Source: the human T2T-CHM13v2.0 reference genome, Homo sapiens. From it: a stretch of 64,000 bases of DNA. A program made the position numbers and the translations under genes. The first letter of the stretch is position 1. Each line of letters begins with the position of its first letter. Under the pieces are notes generated by a model. It saw only the letters and a list, made by a program, of their open reading frames with translations. It ran no database searches and was not told the origin of the DNA. Shown here piece after piece: positions 19,376 through 34,639 of the stretch. The stretch lies in NCBI RefSeq assembly GCF_009914755.1, contig NC_060933.1; one strand, 5' to 3'.

Positions 19376-19730
19376 TGTATTAGTCCATTCTCACACTACT
19401 GTGAAGAAATACCCAAGACTGGGTAATTTACAAAGGAAAGAGGTTTAATTGACTCACAGTTCGGCATGGCTGGGAGGCCTCAGGAAACTTACAATCATGA
19501 CAGAAGGGGAAGCAAACACATCTTCTCATTGTGGCAGGAGAGAGAGAAGTGCTGGGCAAAGGGCCCCTTATAAAACCATCAGATCTCATGAGAACACACT
19601 GACTATGAGAAAAACAGTGTGGGGGTAACCATGCTATTACCTCCCACTGGGTCCCTCCCATGACAGGTGGGGATTATGGGAACTACAATTCAAGATGAGA
19701 TTTGGGTGGGGACACAGCCAAACCATATTA
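19376..19730 (-). mobile_element. THE1 (THE1B/C-like) MaLR solo LTR
   Basis: TGTATTAGTCC...GAGATTTGGGTGGGGACACAGCCAAACCATAT; 5-bp TSD GAAGT/CAAGT. Confidence 0.92.
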
Positions 19731-19899
19731 CAAGTCATCCAGCATAGTGACTATTTCTCCCTGCTTGGTGTTTTGGCCGGTTTGGCAAACAAGCCTTCCC
19801 AGTCTTTCTTCATGCTGGTGGTAAATACATTGGACAGTAAAGGGCCTGAGACACAGCTGTGTGGCATGGTACAAGAGGCCTGGACTTTGTCCTCCACCC

Positions 19900-20335
19900 A
19901 GTTCATTTAACATTCAATTAAACAAATATTCATCAAGTTGAGCATGCCAGGCACCGTTCTAAATGCTGGCAGTATAGCAGAGGACAAAACAAACAAAAAT
20001 TCTACCTTTTATTTATTTATTTTTTTGAGACTGAGTCTCACTCTGTAGCCCAGGCTGGAGTACAGTGATACGATCTTGGCTCACTGCAACCTCTGCCTCC
20101 TGGGATCAAGTGATTCTCCTGCCTCAGCCTCCTGAGTAGCTGGGATTACAGGCACCCACCACCACACCCGGCTAATTTTTGTATTTTTAGTAGAGACGGG
20201 GTTTCACCATGTGGCTGGTTTTGAACTCCTGACCTCAAGTGATCCATTGGCCTTGGCCTCCCAAAGTGCTGGGATTACAGGCATGAGTCACTGCGCCTGG
20301 CCCAATTCTACCCTTTTGGAGCTTGCATTTTAGTC
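19900..20335 (-). mobile_element. L2 3'-end fragment, split by an Alu
   Basis: TTCATT...AACAAATATT...TGCCAGGCACCGTTCTAAATGCTGG...GGAGCTTGCATTTTAG. Confidence 0.65.
20007..20302 (-). mobile_element. Alu SINE (AluS-like)
   Basis: Reverse Alu; TSD AATTCTACC. Confidence 0.95.
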
Positions 20336-20661
20336 GACAGCATTTTAACTAAGAAGTCATGTCCCCATCATATATACCTTAATCTTTATTTGATTAAGCT
20401 CTCATTTATTCATAATGATGGTTAATTAAGTATTTACCATGTGTTGAGCCCTGGTCTTCATGCATGTAGTAAGTATGAACTTATCTACAACACACCATCC
20501 ACTAGATTGGCAAAAAGCTCATTATCACACTTTTGGGGTCGGTCCTCTCTCCTTTAAGGATCATCTGTGAACCTTTTGAATCTTTTGCAGTCTAAAAGGA
20601 AATTTCTCCAAAGTTCAATTTTCAAGTAGGGAAAAAAAAACTAAGTGTTGGTCCGCAGCTC

Positions 20662-20695
20662 TGCAGCTGCTCATCACCGCCACTTGAGGGCGCTG
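20662..20695 (+). promoter_or_regulatory. Candidate CTCF site with upstream motif
   Basis: TGCAG, 10 nt, then CCGCCACTTGAGGGCGCTG. Confidence 0.5.
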
Positions 20696-21010
20696 ATGAA
20701 CACAAATTGTCCTCCATCCATCCATTGGACCCCGTGGTCTTTGCCCTATGACCCAGTCCAGAAAGTTGGGGCCTTCAAAGAAAGGCAATTCTCCACACAC
20801 TCACTCAGTCCAGGGTAACACGCTCCTCAGTGCGTTTTCTGGAGTTCTCAGTCATTCTCCTCTGGAGCCAGTCCTCATAAGTGGCTCAGGGGACCTCCTC
20901 CTGGGATCCAAAGCCCTGGATCTCTTTAGTTCTGAGAATACACTGGGTGGGTAGGCAGACAGATTGAAGAGACCAGGATTGAGATGTTTTCTTTTGCATT
21001 CCTCAATATC

Positions 21011-21150
21011 TTTATTTTATTTTATTTTATTCCTTTTTAAAGAGGCTCACTATGATGTCCAGGTTGGTGTCGAACTCCTGGGCTCAAGAGATCCTCCTGC
21101 CCCAACCTCCTGAGTAGCTGAGACTATAGGTGCATGCCCCTGACCCCAGC
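21011..21150 (-). mobile_element. Alu monomer (FLAM/FRAM-like)
   Basis: Single reverse arm with (TTTTA)n tail. Confidence 0.85.
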
Positions 21151-21469
21151 TGTGTTCCTCAAAATCCAATAGACTTATTCCGCTTCCTTCTTGACATAGT
21201 GTTAATTGATCCAACTCTTCTCTTCTTTTTGGTCTCACATGACAATCTGGTTACTTCTTAAGGAAGGGGATAGGTGACAAGGTGCCACCTTGGGGGTTTC
21301 TGCTGAACACCGACTGCTCCCCATCCCTGTAGCAGAGATGGTGGAGATTAGGTGGTGAGGAAGACTTTTGAAACCTTAATGTATGAGTCGCCATGTCTCA
21401 GAGGCCACTAAGGGACTTCCTATGCATCTTTAAATATCAGTGAAAAAAAGCCTTTCAGGTTTACCCCAA

Positions 21470-21625
21470 ACTCATGCATTATCTTATTTGACCCCCAGAA
21501 TACCCCTGCAAGGCAGGATCATTTTAGCCATTTCACAGATGAGGCAACAGATTCAGAAGTGATAGGAACTCATTGTGAGTTTGGAAGCTGGGTTACTTGG
21601 GCTTTGAAGTCTTACTTAGTCCACC
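21470..21625 (-). mobile_element. MIR fragment
   Basis: CCATTTCACAGATGAGGCAACAGA reverse MIR core. Confidence 0.7.
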
Positions 21626-21786
21626 ACCCATGCTCCTCTATCTTGCTCACAGGCTCTCACCCTCTGTACCAACCTGTACCTCCATGCACCATTGTTCAAG
21701 CATCAGAGAGGACTTCCAGAGAGCTTGGAGGCTCAACAGTTTCTCAATAGGCTGTTGGAACTGAGAACTTTAGAAACGACTTGCCT

Positions 21787-22130
<344 letters not shown>

Positions 22131-22442
22131 CATTTGCCTTAATGAGGAACCGCTGATTTGATTCCTGAAGTAGTACAACCCATTAATCTAATGTACGTAA
22201 TGGGAATAGAAGAATTGTATTACACTAGAGCTAAAAGAGACATCAGTGATCGTGTAGCTCAGCTTGTTGTTTTTACAGAGTTGAATACTGAGGATCAGGG
22301 AGCTTAAATGACAACTAGGCAGTAAAAGAACTCATGGAGTAACCTGGTCTTCTCATTCCCAATTTAGAACTTATTTTAAACTGGTGTTTGATGACTTTTG
22401 CGTTAGAGGTCTTTGTTATTCTAGAAAAGTGAAAATTACTGA

Positions 22443-22904
<462 letters not shown>

Positions 22905-22931
22905 TAGACATCACAGGACTGCAATTCTTGA

Positions 22932-23277
<346 letters not shown>

Positions 23278-23280
23278 TGT

Positions 23281-23531
23281 ATTTTGTTTTTTTGAGACAG
23301 GGTCTTGCTCTGTCACCCAGTCTGTCTTGCAGTGGTGCGATCATGGCTCACTGAAGCCTCGACTTCCTGGACTTAAGTGATCCTCCTACCTCAGCCTCCT
23401 GAGTAGCTGAGACTGCAGACATGAGCCACCATGCCCCACTAATTTTTCTTTTTTGTAGCGATGGGATCTCACCATGTTGCCTCAGCCTCTCAAAGTGCTG
23501 GGATTACAGGCATGAGCCACCATGCCTAACC
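23281..23531 (-). mobile_element. Alu SINE (AluJ-like), internally deleted
   Basis: Reverse Alu that jumps CCATGTTGCC|TCAGCCTC. Confidence 0.9.
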
Positions 23532-23599
23532 AATACTGACTTTTTGCTTGAGACATTTTCCAAACTGTAGGGAAATGGAGCCCAACCAGATAGTTGAAG

Positions 23600-24125
23600 T
23601 CTTGCCTGGTGGAGAAAATGAAGACAGAAAGTGAGGGTAGCTAAGACTGCTTGAACTTGCAGGTCTGATACCAGAGAGAAGGCAATTGAAGAGAAACAAT
23701 CAGAAATCTGTATAGGAGCTTCCTTCAGGTCCTTGGCAAGATCTTTAGTTGCATATTTATTGACTCAGACTCTGCAAAGTCTAGCTGAGAACAGCTTCTA
23801 GGGGACTGAGAGGTAAACAGTGATTTTAGAAGTTTGATCTGTTAGGGAGATGTTGGAGTTCTGATTCAACTAAAGTAGAGCGGAACATTTGAGACCCAAA
23901 ACAACACTCACCTTAGGGGAAATCACTATGTCCTAGGAATAAGGGACATGCTGTAGGGCTGAGAGCAAAGATGAAATAGACCTGCCTTAAGAAAGCCAAA
24001 TCCCAAGGCTTGACAGGATCAATATGACATGTTAGTAATTTAACTGCTTATCAGAAAAAAATCACAGTTTTTAGAGAAAAACAAAATCAAGAGTCTCTAC
24101 AACATATCATTCAAAATGTTCAGTG
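23600..24125 (+). mobile_element. Ancient L1M 5'-region fragment
   Basis: TTGACAGGATCAA...AGTAATTTAACTGC...AGAGTCTCTACAACATATCATTCAAAATGT resembles L1M 5' ends. Confidence 0.5.
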
Positions 24126-24127
24126 TA

Positions 24128-24335
24128 TGTCTTTGTTCATTTGTTCTGCTATAACAAAATACCCAAGACTGGGTAATTTATAAAAAACAGAAATTTATTT
24201 TCTCACAGTTCTATAAGCTGGGAAGGCCAAGATCAAGGCAATGGCAGATTCGGTGTCTGCCGAGATCCCATTCTTCATGCTGTGCCTCCTTGCTATGTCC
24301 TCACATAGTACCAGATGGAAGGGCAAAAAAGGAAC
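24128..24335 (-). mobile_element. MaLR LTR fragment (MST/MLT1A-like)
   Basis: TGCTATAACAAAATACC...AGACTGGGTAATTTATAAA...TCTCACAGTTCT...CCAAGATCAAGG. Confidence 0.8.
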
Positions 24336-24339
24336 TGGG

Positions 24340-24641
24340 GGCCGGGCGTAGTGGCTCATGCTTGTAATCCCATCCCAGCACTTTGGGAAGCTGAGGCAGG
24401 CAGATCACCTGAGGTCAGGAGTTCAAGACTAGTCTGGCCAACATGGTGAAACCCTGTCTCTACTAAAAATACAAAAATTAGCTGGGCATGGTGGCGGGCA
24501 CCTGCAATTCCAGCTACTGGGGAGGCTGAAGAAGGAGAATCCCTTGAACCCGGGGGCGGAGGTTGTAGTGAGCTGAGATTGTACCACTGCACTCCAACCT
24601 GGGCAACAGAGACTGTCTCAATTAAAAAAAAGAAAAAGAAA
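24340..24641 (+). mobile_element. Alu SINE (AluSx-like)
   Basis: Full Alu. Confidence 0.95.
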
Positions 24642-24717
24642 TATGTCTAAGAGTTTTCTGTTTTTTCTTTACAAAGATTATTTGCCGGCCAGGTGTGGCG
24701 GCTTAAGCCTGTAATCC

Positions 24718-26227
24718 TGAGAGGTGACAGCCTGCTGGCAGCCCTCGCTCCCTCTCGGCGCCTCCTCTGCCTGGGCGCCCACTCTGGCGGCGCTTGAGGA
24801 GCCCTTCAGCCCGCCGCTGCACTGTGGGAGCCCCTTCCTGAGATGGCTGAGGCCGGAGCCGGCTCCCTCAGCTTGCGGGGAGGTGTGGAGGAAGAGGCAT
24901 GGGCGGGAACCCGGGCTGTGTGCGGCGCTTGCGGGCCAGCTAGAGTTTCAAGTGGGCGTGGGCTTGGCGGGCCCCATACTCAGAGCCGCCGGCCGGCCCG
25001 CCGGCTCCGGCAGTGAGGGGCTTAGCACCTGGGCCAGCAGCTGCGGAGGGTGCGCAGGGTCCCCCAGCAGGGCCGTCCCAGCAGCGCTGCTCTCGATTTC
25101 TCGCCGGGCCTTAGCTGCCTCCCCGCGGGGCCGGGCTCGGGACCTGCAGCCCGCCATGCCTGAGCCTCCCCCCACCCCCGTCGTGGGCTCCTGTGCCGCC
25201 GGAGTCTCCCTGACGAGCGCCACCCCCTGCTCCATGGCGTCCAGTCCCATCTACCGCCCAAGGGCTGAGGAGTGCAGGTGCAAGGCACAGGACTGGCAGG
25301 CAGCTCCACCTGCCGCCCCGTGCAGGACCCACTGGCTGAAGCCAGCTGGGCTCCTGAGTCTAGTGGGGACTTGGAGAACCTTTACGTCTAGCTAAGGGAT
25401 TGTGAATACACCAATCAGCACTCTGTGTCTAGCTCAAGGTTTGTAAATGCACCAATCCGCACCCCGTGTCTAACTCCAGGTTTGTAAATGCACGAATTAG
25501 TGCTCTGTGTCTAGCCGATCTGGTGGGGACTTGGAGAATCTTTATGTCTAGCTAAGGGATTGTAAATGCACCAATCAGCACCCTGTCAAAACGGACCAAT
25601 CAGCTCTCTGTAAAAGAGACCAATCGGCTCTCTGTAAAATGGACCAATCAGCAGGATGTGGGTGGGGCTGGATAAGAGAATAAACGCAGGCTGCCGGAGC
25701 CAGCAGCGGCAACTTCCTGGAGTCCTGTTTGACAGGGTGGGAGTTTTGTTCTTTTGCCCTTTGCAGTAAATCTTGCTGCTACTAACTCTTTGGGACCAAT
25801 CAGCTCTCTGTAAAACAGACCAATCAGTTCTCTGTAAAATGGACCAATCAGCAGGATGTGGGTGGGGCCAGATAAGAGAATAAAAGCAGGCTGCCCGAGC
25901 CCGCAGCGGCAACTCGCTGGAGTCCTGTTTCACAGGGTGGGGCTTTTGTTCTTTTGCCCTTTGCAGTAAATCTTGCTGCTACTAACTCTTTGGGTCCACG
26001 CTGCCTTTGTGAGCTTTAACACTCACCACGAAGGTCTGCAGCTTCACTCCTGAAGCCAGCGAGACCACGAACCCACACTGAAGGAAGGAAACTCGGAACA
26101 CATCCGAACATCAGAAGGAACAAACTCGACACGTTGCCTTTAAGAACTGTGACACTCACCGCGAGGGTCGGCGTCTCCATTCTTGAAGTCAGTGAGACCA
26201 AGAACCCACCAACCAATTCCGGACACA
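24718..26227 (+). mobile_element. LTR12 (LTR12C/E-like, ERV9) solo LTR
   Basis: Starts TGAGAGGTGACAGC, ends CCAATTCCGGACACA; CpG-rich U3, CCAAT repeat array, U5 repeats; 4-bp TSD ATCC/ATCT. Confidence 0.96.
25593..25992 (+). promoter_or_regulatory. Tandemly duplicated LTR12 core promoter module (2 x 200 bp)
   Basis: Units 25593-25792 and 25793-25992, 13 substitutions, no indels; each has 3 CCAAT, GGGTGGGG, GATAA, AATAAA. Confidence 0.9.
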
Positions 26228-26549
26228 ATCTCAGCACTGTGGGAGACTGAGGTGGGTGAATCAATTGAGGTCAGGAATTCGAGACCAGCCAGGCCAACAT
26301 GGTTAAACCTCGTCTCTACTAAAAACCCAAAAATTAGTCCGGGGTTGGGGTGCAGGCCTGTAATTCCAGCTACTGGAGAGGCTGAGGCAGGAGAATCGCT
26401 TGAACCAGGGGGTCAGAGGTTGCAGTGAGCCGTGATTGCACCACTGCACTCCAATCTGGGCGACAAGAGGGAGACTCCGTCTCAAAAAAAAAACTAATTG
26501 CCATGTGGTCGGGGTGGTGGTTTTCTTTTTTTTTTTTAGAAGAGTTTTT

Positions 26550-26857
26550 AGCTGGTTGAGGTAGTTCACATCGGTAATCCGAGTATTTTGGGAGGCTAAG
26601 TGAGTGGATGGCCTGTGCTCAGGAATTTGAGACCAGCCTGGGCAACATGGTGAAAACCTGTCTCTACTAAAAGTACAAATATTAGCTGGGCGCCATGACA
26701 CATGCCTGTAGTTCCAGCTACTCAGGGAAGCTGAGGCAGGAAGAGCACTTTGAGCTGGGGAGACAGAGGCTATAGGGAGCCAAGATCGTGCCACTGTACT
26801 CCAGCCTGGGCGACGGTGCCAGACCCTGTCTTAAAAAAATAAATACAATAAATGAAA
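26550..26857 (+). mobile_element. Alu SINE (AluJ-like)
   Basis: Diverged full Alu. Confidence 0.9.
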
Positions 26858-27135
26858 ACGGGATTTTGTGAGATTGTGATGGGTGGTAAGGCAGTGCAAA
26901 ACAATATTACGTGCATTTGGGAGAATAGCCTTGATTTTGCTGAAAATCTGGATGACTGATAATGAAATAGGAAGGAACAGCAATATTTGAGCAAAAAAAT
27001 CTTCAGAAGAAATATCTTCTTTTTGATTCGTAAGAATTTATAAGCATTTTTCATAGACAACTTCGACTTGTGTTGAATGTTCAACTAACTTAGACCAGAA
27101 GGACAGTTAAAAAAAAATTTTTTTTAAAGAAAGAC

Positions 27136-27434
<299 letters not shown>

Positions 27435-28733
27435 TTATTGTTACCTATCAAACCTGAGTTTTAAACCTTTTGATTGTGTAAGAAACCTGAAGAGGCCTGA
27501 AGAAAAATTTTTCATAGTTCTCTGTTTTCAGGTATAGTGAGTTGATTAGTTAGCATTTTTAGTAAAAATGATCTGTAATACAGATTTTGCCTTTCCCTAA
27601 AAAATAAAGTTGCTTTCTAATCAGAAAGGAAGCAGAAAATTTCTGTTGGAACGCTTTTTATTCTGATTGCTATTGGAATTGCGGAGATTTACTGTTCTTG
27701 GAATAAGCACATTTACCCAATGAGGGAATAAAATCAACATTATTAATTATTTCAAGACAGAAAACATCTTGAATCATGAAAACTCTTAATTCATGGGTCT
27801 TAATCTTTCTCCTGGTTTCTAAGGGCTGATAGCTCATCCTGCAGAATGATGCCCCTGTGCCCTTGGAATGCTCCATAATTAATTAATGTATGCCTGGTGA
27901 GGTGATAGGCAGAGCAGGGGTGGGCGTTCATCCCATGCTGGGATTGCTTTGGTGGCTTAAATAGTCAGGGAGGTTTTTTGCTGGAAAGCTCCTTGGAGTG
28001 GGGAGGCCCAGAGGCCGAAGGGCAGAGGCTCAAAGTGGTGGTCACGGGTGGGTGGTTGCTGCTTTTGTCTCGGGGTCTTCAGTGTGACAGGGTCTCTCAC
28101 AAGTGGATCAGATGGTATTTCATAGCCTCTGACTATTCTTTGGATTGTGTAGAATCAGAAACATTTCATAATTTGAGTCCTTGAGAACAGGCCTTTATTT
28201 GGGCACAGAAAAATTAGCATGCAGTTGAGAAATAGATTTGAAACACATGAGCGGGACTGCTTCGTTTTGCTTTTCTTCTGGTTCTTGGGCCGCTTCCATT
28301 TTAGTTTCAGTAAGTGAGGAATTTCTTAATGAGTTATGTGGTATTTACTGAAGGTTGTAATTCTGGCAAATGCTAAATAGAAAGTTTTTTTTTTTTTCCC
28401 CTCTTCCTCTGCCTTCCCTGATCCATAGTCTTATTTGGAGAGTTCTCAAATTGTTTGCCAAAACCAGTGACATAACTGGCTCCTTCCAACAGGCACCTGC
28501 CAAACCTGCACAGATTCCTACAGCAGCCAGTTCGCTCTGTCTCGAGGCTTCAGAGGAACACGAACTTCTCTGATGGAAGAGCCTTGTTCTAGAAGGGAGT
28601 GAAGCCTAGGTGAGCTAGGTCATTTGGCCTAACTTCTTATCTATAGCAGACTAGTACCTTGATATGTGAGTAGAGGGTAATCTTTCTAAAATACAAAAAT
28701 GGCTTCATTGTTAAAAATTATAATGCTTACTGA

Positions 28734-29325
<592 letters not shown>

Positions 29326-29852
29326 ATCTAAAATTACCCTCATTTATATTAGGTGCTCATCATTTCTAAATCTTTTTTCTCTCCTCATGTTTTTGTGGAC
29401 ATACTCATAGAGAAAAAAATAGAGAAATAATTTTATATAAATGAAAGCACTTTTTTTCATAAACCACGAAGGAGACTGAAGCACTTTTATAAAAATGGAA
29501 GCTATATTTAAAAATATTTTAAATTCAGTTTTACTGGAATTTAACTGAAGAAAATGAACTGAAATGAGACTGCAGGAACTGCTGAAATTCAGACCCATAT
29601 TTCTTTACCACTGGTGATAATAGGTCCTAAAATATTTTGATAAAATTAAGAAGAAAAGAGATGATGAAAAGATTAGGGATTGTTTTGCTTGTTAAAATTC
29701 TGGTTTTCAATTTTGGATGCAGAAGTTGAATTTGTACTGTGACAAATCAGGAAATATGCATCTTTTCATTTCTCATGCCTCCTCTGAAGTCTCATTACTC
29801 ATGCGATTGTTTTTAAATGGTCAAGGCTGACTATTTACATTCTCTTCTGTAA

Positions 29853-30552
<700 letters not shown>

Positions 30553-31123
30553 CATTCCGTGTGTGTATGTGTGTTTTCAAATATTGATTCCTCTCTTAAT
30601 CAGCTGGATTTCATTACCTAGTAACTTTTTCAAGAACAATTTATGGGTGTTTTATTTTGGGATTTTCCTCTTAGCTTTATTCTAGATAAGGAGCACTTGT
30701 CTAGTTGTACAATTCCCAGGCCACACTTTCTATCAAGTGTCACATCATTTAACATCACAGTGTCTCCATTCAGTTTTAGACTGATTGGGTTTTGTGGAGC
30801 CACTTTGCCATCTCCCCAATAATGTGTGGCTGCTGCGTTTCTTCTGTTCTTTTCTCTTAGGAAAGGTCCATCTTTGAATTCATGCTGGCGGGATTACTTG
30901 GCTGTGTATGTTAGAATTGGGGTCGTCTCTTTTCTTAGAACCTCTTTGCCTTTTACCACTGGGTATTGTTTGGGGAAGCCTGAGTACAGGTTTTTTCACC
31001 CCTTATGGGTCCCTTCTTTTTCTTCCCGGATGTGGTAAGGAACCTTTCTTCATCGTTGGGATTTAATTTCTTCTTGAGAACGTGTGACATTATTAATCAC
31101 ATTATATCAGTTTGTGTTATTCT

Positions 31124-31428
<305 letters not shown>

Positions 31429-31859
31429 TCACGTTTAGTTCTCCCTTCATGTTACGGGAATCTTCTATTTTGTTCTATCTTCTTATTCCATTTATCAAGT
31501 TCTTTATCTTAAGGACACCCATTTTTGTCTTTGTTCCTGTATAATACTCTCAATTGCTTTTATAGCTTTGCTTTCCTTTGCTGTGATAGGCTCAAGCCTT
31601 TATTTGTTGTAGGTAATTTTGATTTTGGTTGCTGTCTTCTCCTCACAATTCCTACTCCTTATTTCTATAATGATGCTGTTTTGATCCCTCTGTTTCCTTA
31701 GTTTCACCATCCTCCCTTTCATTTCCCTTCATTACTTATTCACTTTGACTTTATTGTTTTATAAAATTCATGTTTTCTTTAAATTCTTTCGTAGTGGGAA
31801 TCACTTACAGGTAATTAGCCTTCTTTTCCTCTGGTTATATTTTCTTTTCTTTTTTAAAA

Positions 31860-31992
31860 TTAATTTCTTTTTTTTTAAATTTTTTTTTTATTTTTGAGAC
31901 GTGGTCTCCCGTTGTTGCCCTGGCTGGTTTTGAACTCCTGGGTTGAAGCGATCCTCCCGCCTAGCTTCAGGCGTGAACCATCGCACCCAGCC
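31860..31992 (-). mobile_element. Alu left monomer (FLAM-like)
   Basis: Single reverse arm. Confidence 0.8.
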
Positions 31993-32565
31993 TATTTTCT
32001 CTTCAATTATGTTGTCTGCCTCTCCCTCCCTCCTTCCCTCTATCTCTTTTTCTTGTGTTTTCATGCTGGCTTAGCCCCTGTGCCATTTATTTTTATCTTG
32101 ATCACGCTTGGCATAAACCACTCTGTCCATTTTTTGGTGAGTATAATATAGTATAAATGAATTCTCTTGAATTTGCTGCCTTTTCTAAGATCTGTCTTTC
32201 TCTCTGACTTGCAGTCTGAAGACCGAATATTATTTTCTGTGTATTTTTGTGGCTTGTGTATAACAAGGGGGTGGGGTTGTGTGGCTGGGGGTGGAGGAGA
32301 GCTCTGCTGAGGTTCTGTAAAGCCTCCCTTGGAGGCCTTGGCTTGTCCTATGCCAGGATTCTCTCTGCCTAGGAGCGTCCTATTCCCAAGAAGGACAGAA
32401 ACCCCAAGTGGGTAACGCTTCCCTACTTACCCCTGATGGTGTTCTTGCCTCTCCTGGGGTCCTGCTATTTTATAGTGGCAGCTCAATGCTTCTCCTCTTG
32501 AGGATTTCCTCCCTCCCCTCCCCTGGGCTGCTACACCTCCACTCAATTTGCTTCTCTCCAAATTA

Positions 32566-32874
32566 GGCCGGGTGCAGTGGCTCACGCCTGTAATCCCAGC
32601 ACTTTGGGAGGCTGAGGCGGGTGGATTGCCTGAGGTCAGGAGTTCGAGACAAGCCTGGCCAACATGGCGAAACCCCATCTCTACTAAAAACACAAAAATT
32701 AGCTGGGTGTGGGGGCAAGCGCTTGTAATCCCAGCTACTTGGCAGGCTGAGGCAGGAGAATCACTTGAATCCAGGAGGTGGAGGTTGCAGTCAGCCAAGA
32801 TCGTGCCACTGAACTCCAGCCTGGGCGACAAGAGCAAAACGTCATCTCAAAACAACAACAACAACAAAAACAAA
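32566..32874 (+). mobile_element. Alu SINE (AluSq/Sx-like)
   Basis: Full Alu with (AAC)n tail. Confidence 0.95.
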
Positions 32875-32969
32875 TCAAGTATAAGTGAGAATTTGAGACT
32901 TTTGTCTATGGACCTTTTTTCTTTAATAGTTTTATATTGCATATAAAAGATGGGGATTAAGTTAGGAAC

Positions 32970-33330
32970 CTGTAATAGTTTTTGCGATGGAACAAACAAC
33001 TGCAAACTCTCAGCAGCTTACAACACAAGTTGAGTTTCCTGCTCAGGAGTCTGCAGGTAAGTTCCACTCTGTGGGGTGTAGGCTGGGCTTGGCAGGGCCA
33101 GGCTGGACCCAGGCTTCAGATGGGTTCCAGGATGCTCCATGTCTCTGTTCTGGAACCCAGGATGGAAGGGAGTTGTGACCTGCTGGGATCACAGGAGCAT
33201 GAAAGACCGAGTCCCAACACACAAGCACATTTAAAACCTCTGCGTGCATCAATAGCTTAACTCCAGTGGGAGGTACAGCAGCGTCACATGGCGAGGGACA
33301 AGGATGTAAAATCCTAGACATAGTAGGAAG
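32970..33330 (-). mobile_element. Old MLT1-family MaLR LTR
   Basis: AAACTCTCAGCAGCTTACAACAC...GCTGGGCTTGGC...GTCACATGGC pattern. Confidence 0.6.
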
Positions 33331-34303
33331 TAAAGAACTAGGAGCATTTTCCAACTGACCCCAGAGACTCCGTAAGTTTTTTGAGAATCTTCTGTTTCTT
33401 TCATTTGCAGCCACTTTTGAAATTTAGGGCAGGAAATTATATTACTTTTCCTTGGTTGGAATTTGGATAACATTTTCTTTTGATTTAAAATAAAGTATTT
33501 GTTTTAGTAAGAATTAGGAGATTGTCAACCTCTCATCTTTACCCAGAAGTCCTTTTATAGTCTCTGTAGAGGTTTTCTAAGCTTCTTTAGAAAGGAAACT
33601 CTGGTTTAAAAACAAAATTACAGATTATAGGAATTTCTTTATTACAAACCAAACCATCTGTTGCTGTAATTGGGACTCTAGTTCTGTGCTTCTTTCTGGG
33701 GATGCTCGAGCCCCAGTAAATGGTTTTGGGTCAGGTTTCTCCTGTTTGCTTTGGATGTCTTCTCTGGTTAAACTTTAAACAATCTAAAACATCCTTAAGT
33801 GATGTTTTAAAATGAATACTAGACATCTGCATGGCGTAAGTAAATTTGTATTAAAAGGGGGAATAAAGTGAGGCTTTCAAAAATTTTATTTAATAGTAGG
33901 TCACGAGAAAGATGATTAAACTTCTGGGTGAACTTGGGTGCATGGATGGATTTGCCAACTGGTGGGCTCTAGTGGTCATCAGCCCCCAGCTGGACTTTTC
34001 CATGGGGGGGTGGCCAGGATCTGGGCTGGAGTTGCTGAAGGATCTGGTATCGGGTACAGGAAGTACATGGTGTACACATAATTGATATATTGCATGGCAA
34101 AGGAGCACATAGCATGTGCATTGAGGGTCGAGTGTCCTAGAGTGTGAGATTCTTGTTCAGGATCTGTGCAGGGAACAACTCTCTAATCTCCTGCCAAAGG
34201 TGAGAGACAGCAGCACCCTGGTGTAATTGAGTAGAAGTATCTAGGCTGTAGCTGCTCCATAGTCAGAGATACGTTGACAATACTAATCCTATTTGTGTTA
34301 TGA

Positions 34304-34639
<336 letters not shown>

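Larger units (their letters stand above)
24687..26492 (+). mobile_element. Alu SINE split by the LTR12 insertion (pieces 24687-24717 and 26228-26492)
   Basis: GGCCAGGTGTGGCGGCTTAAGCCTGTAATCC before the LTR; ATCTCAGCACTGTGGGAG and the rest of the Alu after it. Confidence 0.93.

Noticed and set aside
24724-25395. 223-aa ORF
   Set aside because: Lies wholly within the GC-rich U3 of LTR12; a chance frame, not a gene.
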